Shown: positions 10,001-18,677, counted from the stretch's first letter. The stretch is DNA of 64,000 bases from Acholeplasmataceae bacterium (GCA_012800005.1 JAAZKC010000006.1:7436-71435); one strand, 5' to 3'. Translations and numbers: made by a program. The notes: generated by a model not told the origin, from the letters alone.

Positions 10001-10971
10001 CACAAAGAATTAATATGAATGATTTAACAGTTGTAAGTGTTAGTGGACAAAACTTAATAGTAACTGATGGAACAACTGAAATAACCGTACGCTCAAATGC
10101 TAAAACGGGTGAAGTATATGATCATTTACAAACAGCAGTAGCAGGTCAAAAAGCTAATATTAAAGGTATGTTGTTAGGTTGGTACAACTCGGCACAGTTT
10201 ATTATTCTTTCAATTGCTGAATTAGAACTATTGGAAATGACTGATGAACAAAAAGTTGATGCAGATATGGCAGAAACTACATTAGCGGCAAGCGCTGGTC
10301 CAGAAAATTTAACTTTACCAACAACAGGCGCACATGGTTCAGCAATTACTTGGGAATCGAGTAATGCAGCAATCATTGGTAATGACGGTGTTATTGTTAA
10401 TCAACCAGAAACAGATACAGAAGTAATATTCACAGGAACTTTCGTGTTAAATGCAGTTACAAAAGCTAAAGAATATACAGTATTAATAAATGGTAGTAGC
10501 GCTCCAGCAGGAGAAACTTTCACAGAAACATTTGAGGCATCAACAGCAACTGCGTCTTATGGCGATGGTTCGTTTGTCGGTGTAAATGGTGTTACTTGGA
10601 CATTTGTACATTCGAGAGATGAAGGTGATTATGCAATTACTGGTGCTGGAATAATGTTAAGACGTGCCGATGAACCATCATCGTTATCAGCAACGTTTAC
10701 TAATGGTGTTAAGAGTTTTTCATTTGAAATTAGAAAAGCATTTACTGGTGCATCGGATAGAAAATATAAAGTAGATGTAACTCATAACGGTGTTACAACA
10801 ACTTATGATGTTCCTGTTTTCGGTTCAGGTTCAGGAGAACAAACGGATGTAATTACATTTACACAAGAGCTTAATTTATCTGGAGAAGTAACTATTAAGA
10901 TTTATGCTAGTGGTTCTAAAGGGAACCAACAAGCAACAGTTGATAATTTTACGTGGACAACAAAACCTTAA
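7099..10971 (+). CDS. 1290-aa modular surface lipoprotein: six small Ig-like modules, three OB-fold-like modules, and a C-terminal beta-rich domain
   Basis: AGGAGG RBS and lipobox 'LGLASC'. The recurring module 'LP..G..ITW.S.N..VI...G.V......V.LTAT' occurs six times. Three larger modules share 'DTTGGIAIY/DETAAIYVY ... VG..V.(I/V)VG.K....GLHQ(I/V)'. The 15-nt string agagggttacatcaa occurs at both 9037 and 9886. Confidence 0.8.
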   Translation: MKQFKKIFVALLLVLGLGLASCKKDTTLADAKAELKITYTEGQNITLPASLGDVVITWESDNPTVIKATGEVIQGSEAVEVKLTATLTYKGKTETKYFTINVPKGVVPGAAKAALVAHYANTLGSATYKVTANVELITTIDGVSVTWNSDNPDFFSNTGVVTIPTYAQGNQSISLKATLGDGTSHTFRFNLIALEATTEELIEEALDLVTTKPAGEFQTQDFVVMNTVTIAGTEVPVTWTTSDEAGMTADGKLVVFYEPTEKNVTLTASITYNDITLTRDVVFKVKSSQKEENFYAALIPENRDKQVMVEKVSYFGNLGTDGFYMVDSEGCLAYFYGKKPANVVEGQLYNVIAKVAVYYGAAQFTNFTFIEIEGAVNVAVPVEVTIADIAALDKPANSGPWAQHSYYTLKNVKVRISGTGDYNTHLVTPDLAADATLDDTNSVIIYYKSNIEAVRLLDGKVIDEIQLINNGYRTDHKKWNFNFLGTADDILVTLTPAEIVENVKAALQDSLKNAYYKAQTIELPTETQGARVAWVSDNSLINAETGAVTMPEGAAVNVKLTATITAEDVTEILVHTAAVGPLVAMNIADFAAKTDGYIGKITGVVTGISANRVYMIEDTTGGIAIYSSTALEVGKQVTIVGAKTTHRGLHQINKASDVDIVTEAGVAPPVVELPNTVALTAEGLLPYQSRRLTISGEFTITNKEVDKFDNVTLTLKRGEEIVTLKWDSRVSISDAAKAHINGLTVEQKVKLVGALLGWNNGPLFGYDNESQLEVIAAANPLDQANEVLAALTVPETITDATALNLPTSGNYEAVIAWVSSHPEVIAVDGTVVLPTENMTVTLTATVTVGEAVVSNSFDVRIKVVDGTEIIETYALETDASLEITGVVIAIDGTKLYVQDETAAIYVYNPTTNTAVVGDKVKVVGVKGNFRGLHQVAKDATVEVLSSGNSLPEPTTIAAVTDLVETLQSQRINMNDLTVVSVSGQNLIVTDGTTEITVRSNAKTGEVYDHLQTAVAGQKANIKGMLLGWYNSAQFIILSIAELELLEMTDEQKVDADMAETTLAASAGPENLTLPTTGAHGSAITWESSNAAIIGNDGVIVNQPETDTEVIFTGTFVLNAVTKAKEYTVLINGSSAPAGETFTETFEASTATASYGDGSFVGVNGVTWTFVHSRDEGDYAITGAGIMLRRADEPSSLSATFTNGVKSFSFEIRKAFTGASDRKYKVDVTHNGVTTTYDVPVFGSGSGEQTDVITFTQELNLSGEVTIKIYASGSKGNQQATVDNFTWTTKP

Positions 10972-11121
10972 TAGACAAACAGTTATAAATGGCTTTATAA
11001 AAACATTTTATAGAAAAATTAATGTTTTTAAAAAACAACTAGTTTGATATAAAAAAAGGAAAAAGGGTGACTCAAAAAGTAGAGCTACCCTTTTTTCATA
11101 TAAACACGTTTATATGAATTA

Positions 11122-11150
11122 TTGAAATATAAGTAATGATGTGTTATAAT
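11122..11150 (+). promoter_or_regulatory. Promoter of the Ig-like / nuclease / membrane protein operon (TTGAAA-N17-TATAAT, extended -10 TGT)
   Basis: TTGAAA at 11122-11127 and tgtTATAAT at 11142-11150, 30 nt upstream of the 11180 start. Confidence 0.6.
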
Positions 11151-11179
11151 TTTCTTGAATAATAATAACGAGGTGTTTT

Positions 11180-12244
11180 ATGAAGAAATTAATGTCGATA
11201 GTAATTATATTTTTATTAGGTTTATTTACTATAAAAGGAGTTGAAGCTGCAGATGCTCCTGTTTCAATTGGTCATGCTATTATTAGTGTGAATTATGATT
11301 TGCCAGTATATTTTGTGAAAGGAAACGAGAACCTTCAAGGCGATAAAGCGGTTCAATATTTTAAGAACTATTTTTCAATTCGCGATCAACGCAAAGATGT
11401 TGAAGTTAAAGAAGAATATTTAAATATTGGTACATTCGATATTAATGTGGTTGGAGAATATGAGATTAAATTAAGTTTTGTTGGGCGAAGTACTTTAAGA
11501 GTATCAGAGATAATAACTGTTTATGTCATTGAGGAAGATACATTAGCACCAGAGGTTTATATTTTGAGAGATAACATTAATTATAATGTCACTAAGCCAG
11601 TACCTAAAAACGAAAAAGAAAGCGAAGAAGAAAGAGTTCGTAAATTCATTAAATCATTAAATTTAACTGTAAGAGACAATGTTGATGGTTTAATTGAATT
11701 AACAGAAGAACACTTTACAGGGGTTGCGGAAATTGATTCAACAAATCTTAATGGACAATATGAAATTACTTTAACAGTATCTGATAGTGCAGGGAACACA
11801 TACACTAAAAACGCAATTGTTACGATTAAAGATATTACAGGTCCAGTTATTTATAATCCTACAAATGTTTCAACAAGAAGAAATAAACCTGTTGAATATA
11901 AAAACCACGTTGTTATTGAAGATAATTTTAATGAAAGAGAAGAATTAGAAGTTTGGTATACAATTGAAAAATTGACTTATGAAAAGGTTGATGGAGAGGA
12001 ACAAATAGTTTTAACAGAAGTTAGTGAGGTTGATTTTTCTAAATTAGGAGAGTTTGTTATAACGGTTCATGCGAAAGATACAAGTGGTAACTTAGCAGCA
12101 ACTAAACAATATAAAGTGATTATTGAAAATGGTATTTCACTACCGTTACTTGTTTTCATAATAAATGGCGTTTTACTACTTATTGGTGGGGCATTGGTAG
12201 CAACATTTGTTATATCACATAAGAAAAACCAAAAGGGAGCATAA
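11180..12244 (+). CDS. Secreted protein with tandem Ig-like (DUF5011-like) domains and a C-terminal TM anchor
   Basis: Has its own promoter and a GAGGTG RBS. Signal peptide 'MKKLMSIVIIFLLGLFTIKGVEA', 'DTLAPEV'/'DITGPVI' domain starts, and a C-terminal hydrophobic helix followed by 'HKKNQKGA'. Confidence 0.7.
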   Translation: MKKLMSIVIIFLLGLFTIKGVEAADAPVSIGHAIISVNYDLPVYFVKGNENLQGDKAVQYFKNYFSIRDQRKDVEVKEEYLNIGTFDINVVGEYEIKLSFVGRSTLRVSEIITVYVIEEDTLAPEVYILRDNINYNVTKPVPKNEKESEEERVRKFIKSLNLTVRDNVDGLIELTEEHFTGVAEIDSTNLNGQYEITLTVSDSAGNTYTKNAIVTIKDITGPVIYNPTNVSTRRNKPVEYKNHVVIEDNFNEREELEVWYTIEKLTYEKVDGEEQIVLTEVSEVDFSKLGEFVITVHAKDTSGNLAATKQYKVIIENGISLPLLVFIINGVLLLIGGALVATFVISHKKNQKGA

Positions 12245-12245
12245 A

Positions 12246-13961
12246 ATGAAATATCTTAAATTTGTATTGCTTGCGTTTCTTTTACTTCTTTCTGCTTGTA
12301 AAGAAAAAGTAGATAAAACATTTCCAGATTTATATGGAAAAACTAAAGAAGAAATGCAAGAAATTTTTAAAGAAAAAGGCATTGTTGTTACAATCAATTA
12401 TGAGTACAGGTATTCACCAAATTTAGAAGAAAATACTATTTATGGAGCATCAGTTAGTCCAAAAGAAACAGTTGAACCAGGCTCTGTAATTACAGTTTAT
12501 ATAAACACTAAAGAATTTGTTTTGCCTAATTTAACAGGATTAAATAGGGAAGAAATGAAAGATAAATTAATACTATTAGGCCTAAACGAAAGTCAGTTTG
12601 GTTTTTTACCAGATATCAACACTCAAGTTAAGGTGGGAACATTTATTCAATATCGTAATAAAAAGGTAGGAGATAGAGTTGATCCTACCGAAACAAAAGT
12701 TACGATTTTTTATGATTCAAGAATACTATTAGAAGATTTATCAGGAATGAATAAATTAGAAATAGATGCATATTTAAAAGAAAAAACATTAAATCCTAGT
12801 TATGTTTATAGTCTTGATAATAGTAAAGAATATGATACATTTAAAGGTTATCAAGGTTATGAAATAAATGGCGCAATAGAACCTGGAAAATCGGTTACTG
12901 TAGTCCTTTATGAGAATGATGATGTTAATGTTGGAGAAAACATTAATGTAACTTGCCAATTAATGTTTTCTAAGTATATTGATGCGATAGGAAACAATAA
13001 AGGTATTGAACTTTATAATCCAACAGAAGAAGCTATTTCATTAAGCGATTATTATTTAGCAATACTACCTAATGGAGCATTAGTTCCTGATGTTACAATT
13101 TCTTTAAGTGGAACATTAAATAGTAAAGAAACTTATGTGATTATGAACTCAGGAGCAATACAAGAATTAAAAGAAAAAGCTGATTTAATTACTGGTGATT
13201 TATACTTTGATGGTAATGATGTGATTCAATTAAGGAAAGTATCTAATAATACATACATTGATACACTTAATGATATTGGTGATACATCAATATTTATGAA
13301 TGAAGAAATCTTTATCCGTAAATCAAGTATTACTAGTGGAAACAGAGATTATGTATTTTTAGATTGGGAAGGATATATTCCATCATTTATTGAACCAATA
13401 GGTACGCATCCATATGATGGATATGAAAGCCCACCATTTGAATATATGGATACCTTATTCTTTGAATACGGAATGACCAAAGTTAAATATTTATATTTAC
13501 ATGATGGAGATACAACCGCATTCCAATCATTAGATTCAAGGGATACAAACTCATATACTGGAGAAAATAGAGTAAGATATTTACTTATTGATACACCAGA
13601 AACACAAAAACCAGGTCAACCAGGTATGCCATATGCGGATGTTGCAACAGAGTTTAACCGCACAATGTTAACTAACGCAAGCGAACTATATCTTCAAGCG
13701 GATTCAGGGGGAACTTTAAGAGATACTTATGGTAGAGCCTTAGGATTTGTATGGGCTAATATGGGAACACCGGAAAATCCAGATTGGAAATTAATTAACT
13801 ATGAGCTTGCGAAAAACGGTTTAGGTGAACCAGCTGGCGCAGTTAAAAATGTAGATTCACCAATATTTGGAAATAGATATTTATATCAATGGGTTATTCA
13901 CGCGGCAGAATATGCGAGAGTAAATAAACTTGGTATACACAGTGGAGTTTATCAATCGTGA
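12246..13961 (+). CDS. Lipoprotein nuclease: 3 PASTA-like repeats, a lamin-tail (LTD) domain and a staphylococcal-type thermonuclease (SNase) domain
   Basis: ATG at 12246 with a GGGAG RBS, and lipobox 'LLLSAC'. Three ~65-aa repeats follow the pattern '(F/L)P(D/N)L.G....E....L...G'. LTD signature 'NKGIELYNPTEEAISLSDYYL...FDGNDVIQL'. SNase motifs 'HDGDT', 'RYLLIDTPE' and 'DTYGRALGFVW'. Confidence 0.8.
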   Translation: MKYLKFVLLAFLLLLSACKEKVDKTFPDLYGKTKEEMQEIFKEKGIVVTINYEYRYSPNLEENTIYGASVSPKETVEPGSVITVYINTKEFVLPNLTGLNREEMKDKLILLGLNESQFGFLPDINTQVKVGTFIQYRNKKVGDRVDPTETKVTIFYDSRILLEDLSGMNKLEIDAYLKEKTLNPSYVYSLDNSKEYDTFKGYQGYEINGAIEPGKSVTVVLYENDDVNVGENINVTCQLMFSKYIDAIGNNKGIELYNPTEEAISLSDYYLAILPNGALVPDVTISLSGTLNSKETYVIMNSGAIQELKEKADLITGDLYFDGNDVIQLRKVSNNTYIDTLNDIGDTSIFMNEEIFIRKSSITSGNRDYVFLDWEGYIPSFIEPIGTHPYDGYESPPFEYMDTLFFEYGMTKVKYLYLHDGDTTAFQSLDSRDTNSYTGENRVRYLLIDTPETQKPGQPGMPYADVATEFNRTMLTNASELYLQADSGGTLRDTYGRALGFVWANMGTPENPDWKLINYELAKNGLGEPAGAVKNVDSPIFGNRYLYQWVIHAAEYARVNKLGIHSGVYQS

Positions 13962-14758
13962 AAATACTAGGAAGAGTGCTTTTTGCACTCTTATGTGTTA
14001 TTTTATTCATATTTACACTTAATTACTCTGAACAAATAAGAGTTTCTAAATACTTTGAAAAATATGGCGTAGAAGCATTAGAACAAGCAAAAGAAGATCC
14101 TACTTATTATAGGTTCTTTTATGGTGCCACAGGATACCATAAAAATGTGCCTTTATACGAAGTTGCAAATGATGAATATACAATTTACTTTTATGAAGTT
14201 GTCACTTTAGAACAAAACAAAGCTAAAGAAACAAGAGCAAACACTTACTTATATACAATTGTTACTAGCAAGACAAAACCGTTAGCAAAAGAAAAAAATC
14301 AACTCCTACTTCGTTTTAAAGATACTAGTGTAGAAGTTGAAAATGAAGCTTATGATAAATCTTATGGAGATTTTAGTGTAGTTAGATTTAGAAATTTAGA
14401 GTTATTTGTGGCAATTAATGAAGAAATTAAAATACATATAAGTAAAGAAGATTTTTTAAATAAAAATTTTGATTTAGTGGAACTTTATTTTGTTGATGAT
14501 GATAGAAACTTTGAACTTTTATTAAGTAAACCAATAGAGATAAAAGAAGAGGATTTTACTATTGCGGCAATAGTTTTAGAACATTATAATAATCCAGATG
14601 AATTAGTTTATACTTATAATATTTTCCCTAAACAAGTTCATGTAATGAAAGAATATGATTATATATTTTATATCGCGCTTGTGGGAGTACTGTTGCTAAT
14701 TGGAATGATGACATATTTTACATACTTCTTTAGAAGAAAAAGAAAATATACAAATTGA
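13958..14758 (+). CDS. Hypothetical bitopic membrane protein (N- and C-terminal TM helices)
   Basis: The GTG start overlaps the upstream TGA (GTGA). Hydrophobic helices at both ends. I recognise no family. Confidence 0.55.
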   Translation: MKILGRVLFALLCVILFIFTLNYSEQIRVSKYFEKYGVEALEQAKEDPTYYRFFYGATGYHKNVPLYEVANDEYTIYFYEVVTLEQNKAKETRANTYLYTIVTSKTKPLAKEKNQLLLRFKDTSVEVENEAYDKSYGDFSVVRFRNLELFVAINEEIKIHISKEDFLNKNFDLVELYFVDDDRNFELLLSKPIEIKEEDFTIAAIVLEHYNNPDELVYTYNIFPKQVHVMKEYDYIFYIALVGVLLLIGMMTYFTYFFRRKRKYTN

Positions 14759-14793
14759 AAAAACGCATAATAATGCGTTATACCAAAAAAAAT

Positions 14794-14820
14794 CCCTATT
14801 GAAAATCAATAGGGTATTTT
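14794..14820. terminator. Bidirectional intrinsic terminator between the 13958 gene and ppdK
   Basis: Stem ccctattga / tcaataggg with loop aaa, flanked by an A8 run upstream and a tattttt run downstream. Confidence 0.7.
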
Positions 14821-14832
14821 TAATATATATGT

Positions 14833-17463
14833 TTATTTTCTAGGATTTCTAATGTTCGCTTGAGCAGCCGCAAGCTTCGCAATAGGAACTCTAAATGGGC
14901 TACAAGAAACGTAGTTTAATCCAATTCTATGACAGAAATCAACACTTCTTGGATCTCCACCGTGTTCACCACAAATACCTAAATCGATATCAGGGCGTGC
15001 TTGTTTACCAAGCTTAACAGCGTTAGCCATTAATTTACCAACACCATGTTCATCAATATGCGCAAATGGATCAAATTCGAAAATCTTTCTTTCATAGTAA
15101 TCGCCTAAGAATTTAGCCGCATCATCTCTACTAAATCCAAATGTCATTTGGGTTAAGTCATTTGTGCCAAATGAGAAGAATTCAGCTTCTTTAGCAATTT
15201 CATCAGCAAGTAAAGTAGCTCTTGGAATTTCAATCATTGTTCCAACATAATATCTCATCTTAACACCAGATTTCTTAATAATTTCATCAGCTGTTCTAAC
15301 TACGTAATCTTTAACGTATTGAAGTTCTTTAACTTCACCAACTAAAGGAATCATAATTTCTGGTTCAACCTTTAATCCACGTTTGTTAACTTCAATTGCA
15401 GCCTCAATAACTGCGCGAGTTTGCATAACCGCAATCTCAGGATAAGTTACTGATAATCTAACGCCTCTGTGTCCTAACATAGGGTTAAGCTCATGAAGTT
15501 CATTAACTGTGTGGTTTAATTCTTCGTAAGAAACTTTCATTTCTTTCGCAAGATCTCTAATTTCGTGTTCTTGAGTAGGTAAGAATTCGTGTAGAGGTGG
15601 ATCTAAATATCTAATAGTTACAGGTAAACCATGCATAGCTTCATATAATTCAATGAAGTCTTGTCTTTGCATTGGAAGAATCTTCGCTAACGCTCTTTCT
15701 CTACCTTCTTTATCTTTAGATAAAATCATTTCTCTAACAGCTTTAATTCTTTCACCTTCAAAGAACATATGTTCAGTACGGCATAATCCAATACCAGCGG
15801 CACCAAAGTTATAAGCTACTTTAGCATCTCTTGGGTTATCAGCGTTTGTACGAACATCAAGAGCTCTATATTTATCTGCCCACGCCATTAATGTAGCGAA
15901 ATCGCCTGAAACAGTTGCTTCAGTAGTAGCGATTTTACCAGCATATACTTTACCAGTAGAACCATCTAATGAAATAAAGTCGCCTTCATTAACTTTGTGA
16001 CCACGAATTGTAAAGTAGTGTTCTTTTTCATTAATAACAACATGGTCAGCACCAGCAACACAGCATGTACCCATACCACGCGCAACAACTGCTGCGTGAG
16101 AAGTCATTCCACCGCGTGCAGTTAAAATACCAGCTGCAACAACCATTCCTTCAATATCTTCTGGAGAAGTTTCTAATCTTACTAAAATAACTGGATCACC
16201 AGTTTTTTCTTTACCTTGTCTAGCACTTTCTGCAGTAAAGTAAACTCTACCATAAGCAGCACCAGGAGAAGCAGCTAATCCTTCACCAATAGGTTCAGCT
16301 TTCTTTAAAGCTTCTGGATCAAAAGTTGGGTGAAGTAAGTGGTCTAATGCTTGAGGATCAACTCTTAAAAGAGCCTCTTTTTCATCAATTAAACCTTCTT
16401 TAACAAAGTCAGTAGCAATCTTAACAGCAGCTTGAGCTGTTCTCTTACCACTTCTAGTTTGTAGGATATAAAGTTTATCTCTTTCGATAGTAAACTCTAA
16501 ATCTTGCATATCTTTATAATGGTGTTCTAATCTTTCAGCAATATCGTGGAATTGCTTATAAATTTCTGGTGATTCTTCTTTAAGTTTAGCGATTGGTTTA
16601 GGTGTTCTAACACCTGCAACAACGTCTTCACCTTGAGCGTTAAATAAATACTCACCATATAATTCATTTTCACCAGTAGAAGGGTTTCTACTAAATGCAA
16701 CACCAGTTCCACAATCCATACCCATATTACCAAAAACCATTGTTTGAACATTTACTGCAGTCCCCCATGAATAAGGAATATGATTAAGTCTTCTATAAGT
16801 ATTAGCTCTTGGGTTATCCCATGATCTAAATACCGCACTAACCGCCTCAATTAATTGTACCTTTGGGTCTTGAGGGAAAGGTTCACCTTTTAATTCTTCA
16901 TAACGCTTTAAGAAAGCTTTAGCGATATACTCCATATCTTCAGCTGTTAAATCAGCATCATCATGAGTATTCTTTAATTTCTTTCTTTCATCAAAGATCT
17001 TATCAAAGTTTTCTTTGTCGATTTCCATAACAACATCCGCAAACATCATAATGAATCTTCTGTAAGAATCATATGCGAAGCGAGGGTTATTAGTAAGGTT
17101 TGCTAAACCAACAACAGCTTCATTGTTAAGACCTAAGTTTAAGATAGTGTCCATCATTCCAGGCATGCTCGCTCTAGCGCCTGATCTAATAGAAACCAAT
17201 AAAGGATTTTTAACATCTCCAAATTTTTTACCTGATTCTTTTTCTAAGGCTTTAACTGCTTCAAAGATTTCTTTAACGATTTCAGGAGCGATTTTCTTAC
17301 CTTCTTCATAGTATCTACTACAAGCTTCAGTTGTAACAGTAAAACCAAAAGGAACAGGCAAGCCTAAGTGAATCATTTCTGCTAAGTTAGCACCTTTACC
17401 ACCTAATAGGTTACGCATTGATGCATTACCTTCAGAAAATAAATAAACATACTTTTTACTCAT
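14833..17463 (-). CDS. ppdK: Pyruvate, phosphate dikinase
   Basis: 876 aa. Phosphohistidine motif 'GGMTSHAAVVARG', PEP-utilizer C-terminal 'CGEHGGDP', and the full-length three-domain pattern. Confidence 0.95.
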   Translation of the reverse strand: MSKKYVYLFSEGNASMRNLLGGKGANLAEMIHLGLPVPFGFTVTTEACSRYYEEGKKIAPEIVKEIFEAVKALEKESGKKFGDVKNPLLVSIRSGARASMPGMMDTILNLGLNNEAVVGLANLTNNPRFAYDSYRRFIMMFADVVMEIDKENFDKIFDERKKLKNTHDDADLTAEDMEYIAKAFLKRYEELKGEPFPQDPKVQLIEAVSAVFRSWDNPRANTYRRLNHIPYSWGTAVNVQTMVFGNMGMDCGTGVAFSRNPSTGENELYGEYLFNAQGEDVVAGVRTPKPIAKLKEESPEIYKQFHDIAERLEHHYKDMQDLEFTIERDKLYILQTRSGKRTAQAAVKIATDFVKEGLIDEKEALLRVDPQALDHLLHPTFDPEALKKAEPIGEGLAASPGAAYGRVYFTAESARQGKEKTGDPVILVRLETSPEDIEGMVVAAGILTARGGMTSHAAVVARGMGTCCVAGADHVVINEKEHYFTIRGHKVNEGDFISLDGSTGKVYAGKIATTEATVSGDFATLMAWADKYRALDVRTNADNPRDAKVAYNFGAAGIGLCRTEHMFFEGERIKAVREMILSKDKEGRERALAKILPMQRQDFIELYEAMHGLPVTIRYLDPPLHEFLPTQEHEIRDLAKEMKVSYEELNHTVNELHELNPMLGHRGVRLSVTYPEIAVMQTRAVIEAAIEVNKRGLKVEPEIMIPLVGEVKELQYVKDYVVRTADEIIKKSGVKMRYYVGTMIEIPRATLLADEIAKEAEFFSFGTNDLTQMTFGFSRDDAAKFLGDYYERKIFEFDPFAHIDEHGVGKLMANAVKLGKQARPDIDLGICGEHGGDPRSVDFCHRIGLNYVSCSPFRVPIAKLAAAQANIRNPRK

Positions 17464-17506
17464 ATATAACTTCCTTTCTTAATTATTTTAAATAATTACC
17501 ATTAAC

Positions 17507-17534
17507 ATTATAGCACAAAGCCTTTTATAATCAA
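17507..17534 (-). promoter_or_regulatory. ppdK promoter (TTGATT-N16-TATAAT with TGc extended -10, minus strand)
   Basis: The reverse complement reads cTTGATTataaaaggctttgtgcTATAATg, ~45 nt upstream of the ppdK ATG. Confidence 0.55.
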
Positions 17535-17637
17535 GAAAAGCAATGATTGCAAACGCATACAATTTAAAAACTTTAAATAATACATATTTAAAAATGATAA
17601 AACACACAATAAAGTGTATAATAAATAGTGTAGATGA

Positions 17638-17645
17638 TGTATAAT
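17638..17645 (+). promoter_or_regulatory. Extended -10 promoter (TGTATAAT) of the DHH-DHH-ttcA-mgtC operon
   Basis: tgTATAAT at 17638-17645. A second tgtataat lies at ~17615. Confidence 0.45.
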
Positions 17646-17708
17646 ATACTACTCGTGAAATGTTAATAATAGATTTAAAATGTTTTTTAGTATGAAAGGA
17701 ATAAATAT

Positions 17709-18677
17709 ATGTTTAGTAAAATTAATAAATTAATCAATAAATATGACAAGATTATTATTCATAGACATAAAAATCCTGATATGGATGCGATAGGTAGTCA
17801 AGTTGGACTTTACTATTTAATAAAAGAAAATCATCCATATAAAGAAGTTTATGTTGTTGGTGATCAAAATAAATTTGATAAAGACAATTTGATGATGGAT
17901 ATTGGTGATAAAGTATTTGAAAATGCATTAAGTATTATTGTTGATGTAGCGGTATCACATTTAATAAGTGATGATAGATATAAACTTGCAAAAGAAGTAT
18001 TAATAATTGATCACCACAATAATGAACCTGATATTGAAAATGCAGTTACTTTTATTGATACATCATATTCTAGTGCTGCTGAATATATTGTAGATATTTT
18101 TAAAAATTTAAAATATAAGTTTAATAAATCTGCAAGCTCATATTTACTTTGGGGAATGATTACTGACACAGGTAGGTTTCAATGGATGAAGGATGCGAAA
18201 AGGATATTTGAGATTGCTTCATTCTTATCGGAAAACGGCGCAGAAACAAGAGATTTCTATAATTGGCTTTACACTGAAACGTTAGAAGAAAGAAAGATGA
18301 GAAACTTTTTTCAAAGTAATTATGTATATGAAGATAATGTAGCTTATTTAAAAAACAATAAAGAAGTTATAGATAAATTTGATGTTGATTTTTTTACTAT
18401 TTCTAGAGGAATGGTTAATCTAGCTGCAGGAATAGAAGAGATAAAAATTTGGCTTAATTTTACATATAATAAAGCAAGTGATAAAATCATTGGTGAGTTT
18501 AGAAGTAGAGATATTGTGATTGTGGATATTGCCAAAAAATATGGTGGTGGTGGGCATGATTATGCATGTGGGGCAACACTTAACAATTGGGATGAAGTAG
18601 ATAATGTAATTAATGACTATAAAAAATTAATAAAGGAGCGAAACAATGGGCAAAAAAAAGTTATTAGAAAAAATTAA
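17709..18677 (+). CDS. DHH/DHHA1 phosphoesterase (NrnA-like), paralogue 1
   Basis: Motifs 'HKNPDMDAIGS', 'IIVDVA', 'IIDHHNN', 'ITDTGRF' and DHHA1 'GGGGHDYACGA'. Confidence 0.85.
   Translation: MFSKINKLINKYDKIIIHRHKNPDMDAIGSQVGLYYLIKENHPYKEVYVVGDQNKFDKDNLMMDIGDKVFENALSIIVDVAVSHLISDDRYKLAKEVLIIDHHNNEPDIENAVTFIDTSYSSAAEYIVDIFKNLKYKFNKSASSYLLWGMITDTGRFQWMKDAKRIFEIASFLSENGAETRDFYNWLYTETLEERKMRNFFQSNYVYEDNVAYLKNNKEVIDKFDVDFFTISRGMVNLAAGIEEIKIWLNFTYNKASDKIIGEFRSRDIVIVDIAKKYGGGGHDYACGATLNNWDEVDNVINDYKKLIKERNNGQKKVIRKN

Noticed and set aside
17548-17561. cre-like sequence TGCAAACGCATACA upstream of the ppdK promoter
   Set aside because: It has two mismatches to the TGWAANCGNTNWCA consensus at constrained positions. 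I cannot distinguish it from chance without a genome-wide profile.
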